A DNA stretch of 64,000 nucleotides from an uncultured Candidatus Saccharibacteria bacterium (GTDB taxonomy: Bacteria > Patescibacteriota > UBA1384 > CAILIB01 > JAUSJZ01): positions 1,712 to 65,711 of the forward strand of contig CAYQWZ010000003.1 in NCBI GenBank assembly GCA_964421635.1. The letters run 5' to 3'. The position numbers and the translations under genes were made by a program. A model generated the notes under the pieces. It did not search any database, was not told the DNA's origin, and saw only the letters and a list, made by a program, of their open reading frames with translations. This document shows positions 36,203-45,646 of this stretch, piece by piece; within the stretch, counting starts at the first letter, position 1; each line of letters begins with the position of its first letter.

Positions 36203-38215
36203 ATGAGTAATTATCAAATTTTTGTGGTGGCCGCAGGGGCTTTGGCCGTTCTTTACGGGGCTTGGTTGATTGGCTCGATTATGAAAAGATCAGCAGGAAA
36301 TTCTAAAATGCAAGAAATTGCAGCGGCAATTCAAAAAGGTGCCAAGGCTTATTTGGCGCGTCAGAATAAAGCTGTGTCAGTGGTGGCAGTTATTTTGGGG
36401 GCACTACTTTGGTACGCTCTTGGTATTAATACGGCTATCGGTTTTATAGTTGGTGCAATCCTTTCGGCTTTGGCTGGCTACATTGGTATGAGTGTCGCGG
36501 TGCGAGCCAATGTTCGTACGACTGAGGCGGCGCGTGACGGTTTACCTGCTGCCATGGATGTAGCGGTCCGCGGTGGCAATGTCACCGGACTTTTAGTGGT
36601 TGGGTTAGGATTACTCGGCGTCGCCATTTTGTGGCTAACCACCGGAAATGTTAAAACTTTGGTTGGCATGGGCTTCGGAGGCTCTTTAATTTCTGTCTTC
36701 GCTCGCTTGGGAGGAGGAATATTTACTAAAGCAGCTGATGTAGGAGCCGATTTAGTGGGTAAGGTTGAAGCGGGTATTCCTGAAGACGACCCTCGTAATC
36801 CGGCGGTTATCGCTGATAATGTCGGTGATAATGTCGGTGACTGTGCGGGCATGGCAGCAGATTTATTTGAAACTTATGTGGTGACGGCCGTTGGCGCAAT
36901 TTTACTCGGATCAATTATTTTTGGTGCTAACGAAGTAATCATTTTATATCCTTTGGTTTTGGGTGGGGCAGCTATTTTCGCTTCAATTATTGGTTCGTGG
37001 TTCATTAAACTTGGCGGTTCAGAGAACATTATGGGCGCTTTGTATAAAGGATTAATCGCGTCCGGAATTTTATCTTTAATTGCTTTTTATTTTGTCACCA
37101 ACAGCTTGCTAGCCACTGTCCCCGGAATAGATGTAATGAGCGTTTTTTATAGTGCTGTGGTTGGCTTGGTGGTTACTACTTTATTGGTTGTTGTTACTGA
37201 CTATTACACTTCAGACAAATATGCACCAGTGAAAGAGATCGCGGAGGCTTCAACTACGGGGCACGGCACGAATATTATCGCCGGATTATCTGTCGGAATG
37301 CGCTCAACTGGTTGGCCAATTATTGTTATTGCAGCCGGAATTTTAGGCGCTTTCACTTTGGCTGGCATTTACGGAGTAGCAATTGCTTCAATGGCTATGC
37401 TTTCTTTGGCCGGCATTATTGTCACAGTTGACGCTTTTGGCCCAATTACAGATAACGCTGGGGGAATTGCTGAAATGGCTAAGCTGTCAGAAAGTGTGCG
37501 CGAAGTTACAGATAAGCTTGACGCGGTTGGCAACACCACAAAAGCGGTCACTAAAGGATACGCCATTGGCTCTGCAGCGCTAGCTGCAATGGTACTGTTC
37601 GCCGCCTATACAGAAGAAGTAAAAATCTTTATTGCCGAGCACGGTTTGAACAAAGTGCTCGATTTCAGTTTAGAAAATCCTTATGTCTTAGTCGGTTTGT
37701 TTATTGGAGGATTGCTCCCTTACATCTTCAGTGCTATTTCAATGAAGGCAGTTGGCCGAGCAGCCGGCAAGGTAGTCGAAGAGGTTCGTCGTCAATTCAA
37801 AGCCGATAAAGGAATTATGAAAGGCACTTCCAAGCCAGATTACGCCAAGGCTGTAGATATTGTGACCATTGCTGCTTTGCGCGAAATGATTGTGCCCGCG
37901 CTAATTCCTGTTTTGACCCCAATTTTAGTTGGTTACTTTTTAGGAGTTAATGCTTTGGGAGGCTTGTTAGTCGGCGCCATCGTTACCGGATTATTCGTGG
38001 CCATCTCTATGACTACGGGCGGCGCCGCTTGGGATAACGCTAAAAAATACATTGAAGCCGGAGAACACGGGGGCAAAAATTCAGAAGCTCACAAAGCAGC
38101 AGTCACGGGTGACACTGTTGGAGACCCATACAAAGACACTGCTGGCCCAGCTATCAACCCAATGATTAAGATCGTCAATGTTGTCGCGCTATTGATTATC
38201 GCTTTTATAGTTTAG
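36203..38215 (+). CDS. hppA: Membrane-bound H+-translocating pyrophosphatase (K+-independent signature)
   Basis: [39 protein letters not shown]. Confidence 0.97.
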   Translation: MSNYQIFVVAAGALAVLYGAWLIGSIMKRSAGNSKMQEIAAAIQKGAKAYLARQNKAVSVVAVILGALLWYALGINTAIGFIVGAILSALAGYIGMSVAVRANVRTTEAARDGLPAAMDVAVRGGNVTGLLVVGLGLLGVAILWLTTGNVKTLVGMGFGGSLISVFARLGGGIFTKAADVGADLVGKVEAGIPEDDPRNPAVIADNVGDNVGDCAGMAADLFETYVVTAVGAILLGSIIFGANEVIILYPLVLGGAAIFASIIGSWFIKLGGSENIMGALYKGLIASGILSLIAFYFVTNSLLATVPGIDVMSVFYSAVVGLVVTTLLVVVTDYYTSDKYAPVKEIAEASTTGHGTNIIAGLSVGMRSTGWPIIVIAAGILGAFTLAGIYGVAIASMAMLSLAGIIVTVDAFGPITDNAGGIAEMAKLSESVREVTDKLDAVGNTTKAVTKGYAIGSAALAAMVLFAAYTEEVKIFIAEHGLNKVLDFSLENPYVLVGLFIGGLLPYIFSAISMKAVGRAAGKVVEEVRRQFKADKGIMKGTSKPDYAKAVDIVTIAALREMIVPALIPVLTPILVGYFLGVNALGGLLVGAIVTGLFVAISMTTGGAAWDNAKKYIEAGEHGGKNSEAHKAAVTGDTVGDPYKDTAGPAINPMIKIVNVVALLIIAFIV

Positions 38216-38290
38216 GTTAAGTTAAATTAAACAAACTCAATTTTCAGTTTGGTGCCCGTAGCGCCGCGGTTTTTTTGTTACAATAATTGT

Positions 38291-38460
38291 GGAGATCGCC
38301 TATGAAACTGCCGAAGCGGTACACTCAGAAGCTGCCCGAGCCCCTTCGGAGGAGGTGATCTGAATCTTAGGATACTGCCAGTGTCGATCTGGTAAGTCCG
38401 CCCGAGCCTAGCCCGCTCGGCCAGAGTTCTATGCGGGGTCCAAGGAGGGCCCCCTTTTTT
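38291..38460 (+). ncRNA. Candidate structured ncRNA A (contains an 18-aa ORF, 38302-38358)
   Basis: Extended -10 TGTTACAAT; AGATCGCCT/AGGTGATCT closing stem with internal hairpins; ends in a terminator. Confidence 0.45.
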
Positions 38461-38490
38461 ATGTAGCGAGACTGTTAAAATATTATTTTT

Positions 38491-38577
38491 TGGTGCCGAG
38501 AAGAGGATTTGAACCTCCACAGGCTCGCGCCTACAGCCACCTCAAGGCTGCGTGTCTACCAATTCCACCATCCCGGC
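38491..38577 (-). tRNA. tRNA-Leu(GAG)
   Basis: GCCGGGA acceptor, loop TT-GAG-GT, variable arm, CCA. Confidence 0.95.
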
Positions 38578-38629
38578 AAAGACTACATTAGATTTTACAA
38601 TTAATCTTTTTGGCAGTCAATTGGCTAAT

Positions 38630-38815
38630 AAATAAAAAAACCCTGCGCAGTACGACAAGCGCAGGGTTCCGGGTGTGCGACACGCGCGAAGGTTGGGGCT
38701 GAAGTAGAGAGCCACCAGCATTGGGGGGGGTTGTCACGGCCTGGAGGATCCTGCTTTGGAGGTGCTGGAGAGAAACTCTCTATGGATTCAGCCCGCGGGA
38801 GGTAGGGTTTACGGT
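38630..38815 (-). ncRNA. Candidate rod-like ncRNA B (~185 nt)
   Basis: TTAACA-17-TAATAT promoter; three stacked helices; CCCTGCGC/GCGCAGGG-polyT terminator. Confidence 0.5.
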
Positions 38816-38874
38816 AATTGCATATTAGCACAAAGATAATCTTTTGTTAATGTTCAAGCTGCCATAATGCCAAT

Positions 38875-40410
38875 ATGAAGGTTGTAAAGGTGAAAACGCT
38901 AGCTCCAAATGGGTTGGCGATGCAGCAAATTACGGTCGAGGTAGCCACTAGGCCGGGCTTGGCATCTCTGACAATTGTTGGGTTAGCGGGTAAATCTTTG
39001 GTTGAATCAAAGGAACGAATACGTTTGGCGTTGCGGTCTATTGGAGTAACGCTACCTGCCACATGTATTGTAGTTAATTTAGCGCCGGCCGAAATCACCA
39101 AAGACGGCACCCACTACGACTTACCAATCGCGCTAGCACTTTTAGCTTGTACCAAATATATTAATCCGTTGCCTAAAGATTTACTTGTTTTTGGTGAGCT
39201 GGGGTTAAATGGCCAAATTCGACGAGTCAAGCAGGCAGTATCCTTCGCTATTTATGCTAAGCAGAATCATTTGCGTACAATCTTTCCCAAAGCGGTGCAG
39301 AATGAGGTGGCGCTGGTAAAAAATTTGCGCTGCTATTTCGCTCGAAATTTGCGTCAACTAGTCGCCCAGCTGCAGTCAGATATCCGTTTTAAGACTAGTC
39401 ACAAAGCCGTAATAGAAGAGTTAAAGGATGCGGCCGGAAGCAGAGCTGTTACAGATGGCAGAAAAGATGAGAACGCGGTTTTACTAGATAATATTTTGGG
39501 TCAAAGCTTAGCCAAAAGGGCGGCCCTAATAGCAGTTAGCGGAAATCACAACCTACTACTGACTGGGCCGCCCGGCGTCGGAAAAAGTTTACTGGCTTTG
39601 GCTATCAAAAACTTGATGCCTGAAATTGATGAAAAAGGCCAGCTAGAGGCGACTTCAATCTATTCTTCCAAAGGATTACTAAATTCAGATCAACCCGTAA
39701 TTCGGCAAGCACCGTTTAGAAATCCGCACCATACCAGCTCGCAGGTGGCCATGATTGGCGGGGGCAATCCAATTCTGCCGGGTGAAATCTCTTTGGCTCA
39801 CAAAGGATTACTCTTTTTAGATGAACTACCTCTGTTTCCCAGACCAGTGCTAGAATCTTTGCGCGAGCCTCTACAGAACAACCACATAACGGTGGCTCGC
39901 GCCAAACAGGTAGTTACTTATCCGGCAGACTTTCTGTTGGTCGGGGCGTTTAATCCTTGCCCTTGCGGATATTTAGGTAGTCAAAAAGAGTGTAGCTGTA
40001 GCGTGGCGCAAATTAATTCCTACCACTCAAAACTGTCTGGCCCAATGTTAGATCGCTTCCAAATCTTCGTCAGGCTGACTTCAATCGATCAATTATCCTG
40101 CCAAAAAAATAAGGGCGAGGAACACGAAAGGGCACGAAAACTAGTCGAAAATGCGCGGGCGAATCAGTACGCTCGGTGCGCAAAACTCAATAATTTATTA
40201 ACTCAAGATGAACTAAATTTAATAATTGAGCAAAACAGTTTGCGCGAACCTTTGGAGCTTTCTATGAAAAAGTTGCAGCTGTCTTTGCGGTCTGTCTATT
40301 CGGCGGTGCGAGTGGCGCAAACGATTGCTAATTTAGAGCAATCTTCAAAAATTACACCGGCTCACATTGCGGAAGCCATTTCGTACCTGCCTCCTATGCG
40401 AATTGGCTAA
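38875..40410 (+). CDS. comM: ComM/YifB Mg-chelatase-like AAA+ ATPase (competence)
   Basis: VNLAPA..K.GTHYDLPIA, GPPGVGKS, PFRNPHH, PGEISLAH.G.LFLDE, NPCPCG. Confidence 0.93.
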   Translation: MKVVKVKTLAPNGLAMQQITVEVATRPGLASLTIVGLAGKSLVESKERIRLALRSIGVTLPATCIVVNLAPAEITKDGTHYDLPIALALLACTKYINPLPKDLLVFGELGLNGQIRRVKQAVSFAIYAKQNHLRTIFPKAVQNEVALVKNLRCYFARNLRQLVAQLQSDIRFKTSHKAVIEELKDAAGSRAVTDGRKDENAVLLDNILGQSLAKRAALIAVSGNHNLLLTGPPGVGKSLLALAIKNLMPEIDEKGQLEATSIYSSKGLLNSDQPVIRQAPFRNPHHTSSQVAMIGGGNPILPGEISLAHKGLLFLDELPLFPRPVLESLREPLQNNHITVARAKQVVTYPADFLLVGAFNPCPCGYLGSQKECSCSVAQINSYHSKLSGPMLDRFQIFVRLTSIDQLSCQKNKGEEHERARKLVENARANQYARCAKLNNLLTQDELNLIIEQNSLREPLELSMKKLQLSLRSVYSAVRVAQTIANLEQSSKITPAHIAEAISYLPPMRIG

Positions 40411-40472
40411 AGGGGTAGATTTAATACTGCTAAACTGATATTATACAGGTTGATTTGAGGTGTTTTTTATAT

Positions 40473-40549
40473 GGGTGCGTAGCTCAGTTGGTTAGAGCTT
40501 TCGGCTTATATCCGAACGGTCCCAGGTTCAAGTCCTGGCGCACCCACCA
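40473..40549 (+). tRNA. tRNA-Ile(TAT)
   Basis: Anticodon stem TTCGG/CCGAA, loop CT-TAT-AT, A discriminator, CCA. Confidence 0.88.
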
Positions 40550-40722
40550 AAATTGTTAAACGAACAAAATAACCGCCTTACTTCGCTCGGGTGATCGCTT
40601 CGTAGGTGTTATTATGTCCGTTTAGGTAATAAGGAGTCAAAAATTACCGAGCAAGTAGCTAATTTTTGACGATTAATATTCAGAACAATGGAATCCCTTT
40701 AAAATCAATATTAAAAACAGCT

Positions 40723-40974
40723 ATGACTAAAAAAATTGTAGAAAAAGAGATCTTCTTGCCTAAATGGCAGCGGTGGTATGTCGGGCCACTTTTCATATTT
40801 CTAATTGGACTTTTCACCTATATTGAGTTCCTCAGTCCAGATGAATCTGAAAAGATGGGATTAATTCCTTATATCTTAATGGTAGTGCTAATGCTCTTTA
40901 TTTTGGGCATTATGTGGTCAATGACCACCGGAAAACTGCCAGCCCACATCATTCGTGAGAAGCACGAAGAATAA
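40723..40974 (+). CDS. Small 2-TM membrane protein
   Basis: ATG 40723; two hydrophobic helices. Confidence 0.65.
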   Translation: MTKKIVEKEIFLPKWQRWYVGPLFIFLIGLFTYIEFLSPDESEKMGLIPYILMVVLMLFILGIMWSMTTGKLPAHIIREKHEE

Positions 40975-41033
40975 AGCTATAAAAAAAACCGCCCGGACGA
41001 CCGGGCGGAGTACTGGGGTGAAACGGCTCTGTT

Positions 41034-41477
41034 TCAGAGCCGGAGCGGTGCCGGTAGATCAGTCGAGATGATCAGGCCGCGGGCTCTCAAACCAGTCAGG
41101 GAGACTGGCACCTCCTTCTCGAGCAGGAGCCTCAGATACAGCTTACGAGTCGTGTCGGCCGATGTCTCACCTGGGGCATAGGGCCGTGTCGAGGTCGTCA
41201 GCGTCGCAGCCGTTTCGGCGAGGTTGCCGTCGTAAAGCGACATAGACGATACAGCGTCAATGGTGCGCGTGGTACTCGCCTGGAGCGTGTCGATCGCCGA
41301 AGCGTCCCGCTCAGTCGTGATACCGAGCATGCTGGAGGTGGTGATCGAAACAGCTGCCAATGCAAGCTCAGCCGGTCCGTGTCGAGGAGCCGCATTGCTG
41401 AGAGTAGCCATTGCCACAACCGTGACAAGTGCCACCGCCAGCAACGCAGACAGATTCGTCGGGCGCAAGGTTTGCAA
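41034..41477 (-). CDS. Hypothetical secreted Thr/Ala-rich protein (GC-rich)
   Basis: SD AAGGAGA before TTG; terminator 40981-41008. Confidence 0.55.
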   Translation of the reverse strand: MQTLRPTNLSALLAVALVTVVAMATLSNAAPRHGPAELALAAVSITTSSMLGITTERDASAIDTLQASTTRTIDAVSSMSLYDGNLAETAATLTTSTRPYAPGETSADTTRKLYLRLLLEKEVPVSLTGLRARGLIISTDLPAPLRL

Positions 41478-41639
41478 AGCAGATCTCCTTGCGTACAGGA
41501 TAGATCGCGAGTCGACCTTCTCTATTATTTAAACGCACAATTTAAAAAAGTCAAGCTTACCGAGGGTTTTATTGACAAAAATATCACAGTACGCTAGCCT
41601 GTTAGCAGGATTGTAACTGAACAACGAAGGAGAAGAGCG

Positions 41640-41843
41640 ATGAACCTTCAGCCAGACTGGCAGTCAATTGTACTATTGGCTGCATTCGGTGCGACCACAA
41701 TCTTCTTGGCGGGAATCAAGCCCGAAGGAATCAGACGTTTCAGCTGGTTGCCTTTCTTGGCAGCCCTAGCATTAACCACTCACCTTATTTTCAGAATGCT
41801 GAGTAATACAGCAATGCTTGGCGGGTACTACTTCAACCAATAG
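41640..41843 (+). CDS. Small 2-TM hypothetical protein
   Basis: TTGACA-17-TAGCCT promoter (41572-41600), SD AAGGAG. Confidence 0.65.
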   Translation: MNLQPDWQSIVLLAAFGATTIFLAGIKPEGIRRFSWLPFLAALALTTHLIFRMLSNTAMLGGYYFNQ

Positions 41844-41855
41844 GCCGCCAAGCAC

Positions 41856-42674
41856 ATGTCAGGGGGAACTGCCTTATTCAGTTTCTTGGCTGTCTTATTG
41901 GTTGCGCTGCTGGGTTGTTGGGCAGCAACTGCTTTCAACATGGGCATCTTTATTCTCACTTCACCTAGCATTACCTACGACAACAAAAAGGGTGTCATGA
42001 AGATTAGAGAAACAAGCAGAGCCGGTTCTTTCTTCAGAAATTGGCTTGATTTTGACCATTTTCTGCATAGCTCACTTTGCGGTCTTTCTTGGTGGGCAGC
42101 AGGTAGGCTCTGGGTCTATTCAATAGGCTTTGTCGTTACTCTAATCTTATCGACACTCGTCAACTTGTTAGGGTTTTTCGCCTTGGGTATGAATCCTTTG
42201 CCTGGTATTGCCAATGAGGTGATGCCATTTTTCGATAGTAGCCACCATCGAAAAAGTCTGCCCAATCCTGCTTTCCAGTTCTGGGGCTTTGTGCCGAAAT
42301 CGCCACTCTTCTGGTTTTATGTTTATGTTGAAGTTTCTCAGCCAGGAATCATGTGGCTTACCAAGGCAGTTCTAGTAGTAGGAGTATTGGCGGCAATCAT
42401 ATGGCTTTTGTGTAAACTGTACGATCTTTATGTGAACATCAAGAATGCCGTAGACACCAAACAGGACGTAACTATTCCAGCCCAATTCTTCTATAACGGT
42501 GTCAGACGAATAGGGCACTGGGGTAGGAGCACAGGAAAGGCTATTGGCAGAATGCGTCTTTGGAATGTTCTAAACACTGGAATATGCAACTTCTTCAACA
42601 TGATGGATAAAGTGCATTCCAAGGTCTGTCCGGTAGTCACCTTCGGCAATGAAGACAAAGACAATGACGACTGA
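41856..42674 (+). CDS. Hypothetical membrane protein
   Basis: Several TM segments; C-terminal CP motif; terminator 42696-42722. Confidence 0.7.
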   Translation: MSGGTALFSFLAVLLVALLGCWAATAFNMGIFILTSPSITYDNKKGVMKIRETSRAGSFFRNWLDFDHFLHSSLCGLSWWAAGRLWVYSIGFVVTLILSTLVNLLGFFALGMNPLPGIANEVMPFFDSSHHRKSLPNPAFQFWGFVPKSPLFWFYVYVEVSQPGIMWLTKAVLVVGVLAAIIWLLCKLYDLYVNIKNAVDTKQDVTIPAQFFYNGVRRIGHWGRSTGKAIGRMRLWNVLNTGICNFFNMMDKVHSKVCPVVTFGNEDKDNDD

Positions 42675-42821
42675 CGCGAAGTCAAGAACCCCACACCGCC
42701 CCAACTCGGGCGGTTTTTTTTTATTACGTTTTTGAGTTAATGAAGTCTGCCGGTAAGTAGTTTTTAGAGCTTTTTCTATTTTAAGAGCGGACAATGTTTA
42801 GGAGACAATTTCAATTGGCTC

Positions 42822-42841
42822 CCTGCCTACCGGCAGGCAGG
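42822..42841. repeat. REP-like 20-bp palindrome, copy 2
   Basis: CCTGCCTACCGGCAGGCAGG (1 mismatch to 33098-33117). Confidence 0.85.
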
Positions 42842-42918
42842 CGAAAAGAGAAGACTTCCGTAGGAAGGCTTCGGATTATATGACTGAGCGCTCGAACAAA
42901 CTACTTACCAGCAGACTG

Positions 42919-45036
42919 TTATTTCTTAGCGGCAGCTTTGATAGACAAAGCGATACGACCGCGGGCGGCGTCTACTTCTTTAACTTTTACTTTAACTTTC
43001 TGACCAATTTTGACTACATCAGAGGCTTTCTTGACGAATCCTTCTGCCATTTCAGAAACATGAATCATGCCAACTTTGCCTGGCAATACTTGCGCTAGGG
43101 CGCCAATTTCATTGCCTTCGCGAGTGGTGACGAAATCGACAATCTCCGCGTCGTAAATAGTGCCTACTTCCACATCGGCGGTGATGCCTTCAACAATAGC
43201 AATAGCTTTTTTAGACATCTCTTGGTCAGTCGAAGTAATCATTACTAAACCTGAATCTTCAATGTCAATTTGGGTAACATCTGCGCCGCCAGAATCTTCA
43301 ATAATCTTATTGATAGTTTTGCCCCCAGGACCAATTAATTCACCAATCTTTTCAGGATTAATTTTTATGGATGTAATTTTTGGTGCGTACTTAGAAAGTT
43401 CAGCGCGAGGTTCAGAAATAACTTTTAGCATCTCATCCATTATGTGTAGGCGACCAGCTTTGGCCTGTTTCATTGTTTGTTCAACAATTTCCATAGTCAA
43501 ACCGGCAATTTTGGTATCCATCTGTACGGCCGTGATGCCATCTTTGGTGCCTGCAATTTTGAAATCCATATCGCCGGCGAAGTCTTCTAACCCTTGTAGG
43601 TCAGTTAACACTTTGAATTTTGAAGCATCCTCGTTAGCGACTAAACCCATAGCAATTCCAGAAACGGGTTTTTTCAAAGGAACTCCGGCATCCATTAAAC
43701 TCAAAGTTGAAGCACAGGTGGCGCCCATTGAGGTTGAACCGTTGGAGCTTAAAACCTCTGAGACGACACGAATAGTGTAGGGGAAATCTTCTTCGGTTGG
43801 AATCATTGGTAGCAGTGCTCGTTCGGCTAGTGCGCCGTGACCAATCTCTCGTCTTCCAACGCCGCGCATGGGAGCAACCTCGCCCGTGGAGTAAGGTGGA
43901 AAATTATAGTGATGCATGTATCGCTTAGAACCTTCTTCATCCATTGTGTCGACGAGTTGTTTCTCGCCAGGTCCGCCGAGTGTAACGATGCCCAAAACTT
44001 GCGTTAGGCCGCGTTTGAACAAGCCTGAGCCATGTGGCCGTGGAAGGATGCCAACCTCTGCACCAATTGGTCGAACATCTTCAATGCCACGACCGTCAGG
44101 ACGATGATCTTGCTCTAAAATATTTTGTCTAATTGTTTTCAGGTATAAAGTTTCGACTGCTTGGGCAATATCTAGCTGCTTCATTTCACCTTCAAGCTCT
44201 TCTAAAACTTTGCTTTTTAGCTCTGCTAAAGCGTTGTCTCGCTCGTTTCGGTTAACCGTCATAGCAACTTTTTGCATATCGCCGTTGTATTTGCTTTTCA
44301 CTAATTCAAGCGCGTTGGCGGCTACCTCTTCTTCAGTCGAAGTTTCTACGGCAACATCAGATTTCATCTGTTCTTGAGTTACAATACTTGGTTGTAGCGC
44401 TTGCAAAGCAAACTTCATTGCCTCAAACATATCTTGATCGGCAACTTCATTAGCTCCAGCTTCAATCATCATAATGCGTTCCTTTGTGCCAGCGATAATT
44501 AAATCTAAATCAGACTTTTCCATTTCTAAACTTGAAGGATTAGCAACAAGGTTTCCCTCAACTCGGCCCACTCGGACAGCCCCAACCGGACCTTTAAAAG
44601 GTGAACCTTCGACATGCATTAGGGCAGCCGAGGCAGCGTTAATGGCCAACACATCAGGATCATTATCTTCATCAAGCGATAATACGGTAACAATTACTTG
44701 AATGTCGCGACGGAAGTTTTTAGGAAATAGAGGACGCAAAGGTCTATCTATTAAACGGGAAGTGAGAGTCGCTTTTTCTGAGGGCCGACCTTCGCGTTTA
44801 ACAAAGCGGCTGCCATTAATTTTGCCCGTAGCGTAAAATTTCTCCTCAAAATCTACCATAAAAGGAAGATAATCCATTCCTTCTCTAGCTTCTTTTGTAA
44901 TTGTGGCTGTCGCTAAAATTACTGTTTCACCAGCAGTAGCGGTGATTGCGGCACCAGCCTGTTCAGCCAGTTTGCCGCTCTTAAAAGTTATCTCTTGATT
45001 ACCAACTTTGGCGCTCCAAACTTGTTCTTTATTCAT
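42919..45036 (-). CDS. pnp: Polyribonucleotide nucleotidyltransferase
   Basis: SRLIDRPLRPLF, RREIGHG, SNGSTSMG, GDMDFK, KH and S1 domains; start ATG 45036 or 45042. Confidence 0.98.
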   Translation of the reverse strand: MNKEQVWSAKVGNQEITFKSGKLAEQAGAAITATAGETVILATATITKEAREGMDYLPFMVDFEEKFYATGKINGSRFVKREGRPSEKATLTSRLIDRPLRPLFPKNFRRDIQVIVTVLSLDEDNDPDVLAINAASAALMHVEGSPFKGPVGAVRVGRVEGNLVANPSSLEMEKSDLDLIIAGTKERIMMIEAGANEVADQDMFEAMKFALQALQPSIVTQEQMKSDVAVETSTEEEVAANALELVKSKYNGDMQKVAMTVNRNERDNALAELKSKVLEELEGEMKQLDIAQAVETLYLKTIRQNILEQDHRPDGRGIEDVRPIGAEVGILPRPHGSGLFKRGLTQVLGIVTLGGPGEKQLVDTMDEEGSKRYMHHYNFPPYSTGEVAPMRGVGRREIGHGALAERALLPMIPTEEDFPYTIRVVSEVLSSNGSTSMGATCASTLSLMDAGVPLKKPVSGIAMGLVANEDASKFKVLTDLQGLEDFAGDMDFKIAGTKDGITAVQMDTKIAGLTMEIVEQTMKQAKAGRLHIMDEMLKVISEPRAELSKYAPKITSIKINPEKIGELIGPGGKTINKIIEDSGGADVTQIDIEDSGLVMITSTDQEMSKKAIAIVEGITADVEVGTIYDAEIVDFVTTREGNEIGALAQVLPGKVGMIHVSEMAEGFVKKASDVVKIGQKVKVKVKEVDAARGRIALSIKAAAKK

Positions 45037-45165
45037 ATGCATAAAAGCCCAGGGGTAATGCGAGGATCTCGATGATTGGCAAACTCGCAAAAAGCGAGAT
45101 TGCAAAACTTCGGCATCCCCTCAATCAACCCCCAATATTGGGCGTTACTTACTTAAATTTTTAAT

Positions 45166-45600
45166 TTACTTTCTAAGCTTTAAATCTTTAACTAAAGCCT
45201 GATACTTAGCATCGTCACCGGCACGAAGGAAATTCATCAAACGGCGACGACGACCAACCATCTTTAACAACCCCTGTCTTGAGTCATGGTCTTTAGGATG
45301 ATCTTTTAAATGTTTGGCCAAATCGTTAATCTTGCCTGTTAAAAGAGCAATTTGGACATCGGTTGAGCCGGTGTCTTTATCGTGTGACTGAGAATCTTTA
45401 ACTAACTTGCGGCGGCCCTGTTTTAGCGGCTTTTCTACAGCCGGTTTTTTAGCAACTGCTTTTTTAACTTCGGCTTTTTTGATTTCTGTTTTTTTGGCGG
45501 CAACCTTTTTGGCAACAGCTTTTTTAGCTGGGGCCTTAGCGGTTTTTTTAGCCGGAGCTTTTTTAGCTACAGATTTCTTGGTTGTTTTTTTTGTAGGCAT
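45166..45600 (-). CDS. rpsO: 30S ribosomal protein S15 with a histone-H1-like N-terminal extension
   Basis: DTGSTDVQIALLT..I..L..HL..HPKDHDSR.GLLKMVGRRRRL; K/A/P-rich first ~60 aa. Confidence 0.96.
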   Translation of the reverse strand: MPTKKTTKKSVAKKAPAKKTAKAPAKKAVAKKVAAKKTEIKKAEVKKAVAKKPAVEKPLKQGRRKLVKDSQSHDKDTGSTDVQIALLTGKINDLAKHLKDHPKDHDSRQGLLKMVGRRRRLMNFLRAGDDAKYQALVKDLKLRK

Positions 45601-45646
45601 AGTTTACAAAGGTGATAGTAACAAATAAAAGGCTCATTTGCAAGCC

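Noticed and set aside
38250-38256. TGGTGCC as an att-site duplicate of the tRNA-Leu 3' end
   Set aside because: Only 7 bp and no integrase nearby; a chance match is likely
38695-38800. tmRNA (GGGGCTGA start) or RNase P RNA
   Set aside because: No GGATTCGAC, tag frame or T-arm/CCA end; no GAGGAAAGTCC core
38278-38831. ORFs 38278..38520 and 38625..38831
   Set aside because: They overlap a tRNA, terminators or structured RNA candidates, lack an RBS and have atypical composition
43160-43780. Long antisense ORFs opposite pnp (likewise opposite dnaN, pilB, hppA and clp)
   Set aside because: Antisense shadows of well-conserved genes
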